The position numbers and the translations under genes were made by a program. A stretch of 25,097 nt of DNA. Origin: Chiloscyllium plagiosum (Eukaryota). Under the pieces are notes generated by a model. That model was not told the DNA's origin and did no database searches. It saw nothing but the letters and a program-made list of their open reading frames with translations. The DNA lies in NCBI RefSeq assembly GCF_004010195.1, contig NC_057718.1:91998892-92023988 (forward strand). Reading direction: 5' to 3'. Positions 22,539-25,097 of this stretch are shown here, piece after piece (position 1 is the first letter of the stretch; each line of letters begins with the position of its first letter).

Positions 22539-23054
22539 CTGCAGAGAAGTCATGGAGCTCTTCTATAATGTTGAGCTAGTCATTGTCTTTCTACTTTGAA
22601 AGGATATGTCCCACAGACTTATTTCCTTCACCCTATCAGGACGTACATCCTTCCATTCCTTTCTGCCTCACGTACATCAGCCTTCACTTAAATGCATGTT
22701 AATCATCCCACCAAATCAAATACTAATGAGGCCCACATTCATAACAAACACCATTTTCCCAATTTCCTTACTGAACTTACATAGACATTATTTATCCACT
22801 TTAAAGTTAATTTTCAACTGACCTAAACACTTACACTATGCACCAGTCTATTCAGGTAAAATAGCACCCAATATATAGTCCGAATCCAAATTAATCTAAT
22901 TTGGGAACAGTCAGACTCCAAATACAAATCAATGGAGAATTCCACCAATTCCCACCATCTCAGAATCCATGTCAAGTTTAAATGCAAGATACTTACTGGC
23001 CCCTTTAATTCAATCACACCACAGAGGAGTCAAACAGACTTCACTCAAAAATCA

Positions 23055-23273
23055 TAGTCAGTTCTGCTATAACATGGTAGTCCCATTCTCGTGCAATCCT
23101 GTATTATAAGAAAATCACATGACAGCAGCACTATTCAAACTAATGGAGACTGAGTTATGTCAGAACCAATGCAGGCTTTAAAACTTGGCACTTTAGAAAC
23201 TGTGTTCCCCATTCGTCAATCGTGTAATAGCGAATTTGTGTTAACGACACGCGCGTTATAGCAGAATGACCAA
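23055..23273. mobile_element. MITE (~220 bp, Tigger/pogo-like)
   Basis: Perfect inverted repeat TTCTGCTATAAC (23062-23073) / GTTATAGCAGAA (23255-23266); related to the element at 9999. Confidence 0.75.
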
Positions 23274-23813
23274 TATCCCAATTTAAGCTGACAACTTGTT
23301 TTAGGTGGAGCTAAGGTGCTCAATTCAAACACAAATGTAATATATGAATAATTTCAAACTGTCCATTTGGTATCTTTGTGAAATGAACAGTTATTTAAAC
23401 AGTCAGATGGTCCTGTAATTGTTTCAGTGTCATTATTAGCCAGAATGTTCAAATCAATAAACTTTTAACTTGAATTTGTTAGACAACTCAGGATTCCAAA
23501 GATTACAGAAGATGGCTCACACAGCTGCAATATGAAGGAAAAAGATTTACAATGCAAGAAAATATACAAGTAGTTTAGTGTACAAGTGTGAACTATTTAT
23601 TATATATTTCATTTCACAAGATTTGGCCTCTGTTGTGTATTCATTTTCTCCCATTTACTGTTGATTTCTTTTTCATTAAGGTCCAAAACAGGTCTGGAGA
23701 ACAGGCATTCTGCAAATTCTCAATTGAGGAAAATCCTATGAGGTATAATAATAAAACAAAAAAAAACAATGAAAAGAGTTTCCGATCATTGCCCAGGATA
23801 TACTCAAATTTAC

Positions 23814-23895
23814 CCAACATCAGGACAGGTGTAAATACTCAAGACTGTGACATAACATCTACGTGTGTTATCTGACATACAGAAGCCAAGAATAT
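23814..23895 (-). other. Candidate 82-nt exon flanked by 89-nt and 78-nt GT-AG introns
   Basis: Acceptor CCATTTTACTTTAG and donor GG|GTAAAT; upstream donor CT|GTAAGT at 23984; downstream acceptor poly-T..CTCATAG at 23736. Confidence 0.45.
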
Positions 23896-24073
23896 CTAAA
23901 GTAAAATGGATAAAATACTTCCAAAATCATATCACCCTTTTCATCTTACTTTGCAGCATTGTTTTAGCAAATAAACTAACTTACAGATCCAGAATTCTTC
24001 TGTTTCCTAACCAATGCGGAACTATTTTAAATGTACAACCGAAAACTGGTGAGATGAATCAGGAGTCCAGCAT

Positions 24074-24694
24074 GTCGGTCGGGAAGGTAAGTGATTGCTA
24101 TATAAAGAACTGACCTCGAAGCCAACGGTCTTTTCGCAGCAGAGAGCGGCGGGAGCTGGGCGGAAGTTCAGACGGAGCGCAAAGCCGGTCGGGAAGGTAA
24201 GTGATTGCTATTAGAGTGGGTGTGTTCTAAATCCCAGGTCCTACAAAGGAGGGTCTCCCTCCCTCCCTCCTCCTCTAACCTTAATTAAGAGTCCACAGAC
24301 GTGTCACAAAAAGAGGGTCTAAGGAAGTTTAGATCGAAGAGTGAGGCTTCAGCTCAGGAATCTTTGACAAGGAGGTTGAGTGAAGTGATTACATCACAGT
24401 TGAAGAGGGTGAAGACATGACTGCCCAGCTGGTTCAGTGCGCTACGTGCTTGATGTGGGAGGTCAACGACTCTGGTGTGTCTGGCTCGTATATGTGTGCA
24501 CATTCAGCAATTGACCGAGCATATTGCAGCGCTGACGAAAGAACTCGAAGACCTTAGGCTCATCCGAGAGAACAAGATCTTTCTGGACAAGACTTTCAGC
24601 GATGTTATTATGCCAGAAGAGAGCAGACGATGAAGAAGGCGGAGAGGAGACAGGTGCAAGAGACCCCAGGAGAAGTACCTGTCAGGAACAAGTT
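24074..24694 (+). mobile_element. CR1 5'UTR and ORF1 start (different subfamily), interrupted by Penelope
   Basis: ATG at 24417 gives MTAQLVQCATCLMWEV..YMC, then QLTEHIAALTKELEDLRLIRE..FLDKTF and ETPGEVPVRNK; same layout as ORF1 at 3427. Confidence 0.8.
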
Positions 24695-24696
24695 GA

Positions 24697-25097
24697 AGCT
24701 GTGGTTCTGTTCGCTGAGCTGGAAGTTTTTGTTGCAAACGTTTCGTCCCCTGTCGAGGTGACATCCTCAGTGCTTGGGAGCCTCCTATGAAGCGCTTCTG
24801 TGGTGTTTCCTCCAGCATTTCTAGTGGCCTGTCCCTGCCGCTTCCGGTTGTCAGTTTCAGCTGTCCGCTGTAGTGGCCGGTATATTGGGTCCAGGTCGAT
24901 GTGTTTGTTGATGGAGTTTGTGGATGAATGCCATGCCTCTAGGAATTCCCTGGCTGTTCTCTGTCTGGCTTGCCAGGGAATTCCTAGAAGCATGGCACCC
25001 ATCCACAAACTCCATCAACAAACACATAGACCTGGACCCAATATACCGGCCACCACAGCGGACAGCTGAAACTGACAACCGGAAACGGCAGGGACAG
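24697..25097 (-). mobile_element. Penelope-like element 3' end (GIY-YIG C-terminus and pLTR) with an inverted duplication; runs off the window
   Basis: REFLEAWHS..SINKHIDLDPIYRPL is a Penelope endonuclease C-terminal motif; inverted arms 24829-24954 and 24972-25097. Confidence 0.9.
24734..24773 (-). ncRNA. Minimal type I hammerhead ribozyme motif
   Basis: GCA CUGAGGA U GUCACCU-CGAC-AGGGGAC GAAA CGUU UGC: core CUGANGA/GAAA, stem II 6/7 paired, 3-bp stem I, palindromic AACGUU stem III. Confidence 0.8.

Noticed and set aside
23836..23846. Selenocysteine reading of the in-frame TGA in the candidate exon
   Set aside because: No resemblance to a selenoprotein I know and no SECIS identified by eye; a nonsense mutation or a different frame is simpler.
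24076..24211. CRISPR-like repeat-spacer unit
   Set aside because: Only two copies, an 84-bp spacer, no cas genes, and it lies in a LINE 5'UTR.

Overview
Eukaryotic, repeat-dense DNA. The mix of CR1, L1, L2, V-SINE and Penelope repeats points to a cartilaginous fish (shark); this is inference from recalled repeat families. No intact protein-coding gene is visible. Most of the window is nested retroelements. (1) A near full-length decayed CR1 LINE (~2829-6995) sits inside the 3' tail of another CR1. (2) A full-length decayed L1 (~10961-16951) splits a CR1 RT region. (3) A candidate solo LTR (7841-8804) carries a captured internal CR1 fragment. Also present are two tRNA-derived SINEs that share tails with two LINE families in the window, two MITE copies, a probable ancient Tx1 remnant and three Penelope-derived insertions, each with an inversion. 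One Penelope insertion keeps a recognisable minimal hammerhead ribozyme (24734-24773, minus strand). The unique sequence at 20.4-24.0 kb holds several minus-strand exon-like blocks separated by 78-92 nt GT-AG introns, possibly an unidentified decayed gene. I see no firm evidence of a wholly new system. The best leads are the Penelope/hammerhead foldback insertions and the unidentified spliced locus. Coordinates of old repeats are approximate, and family names come from pattern recognition, not database searches.
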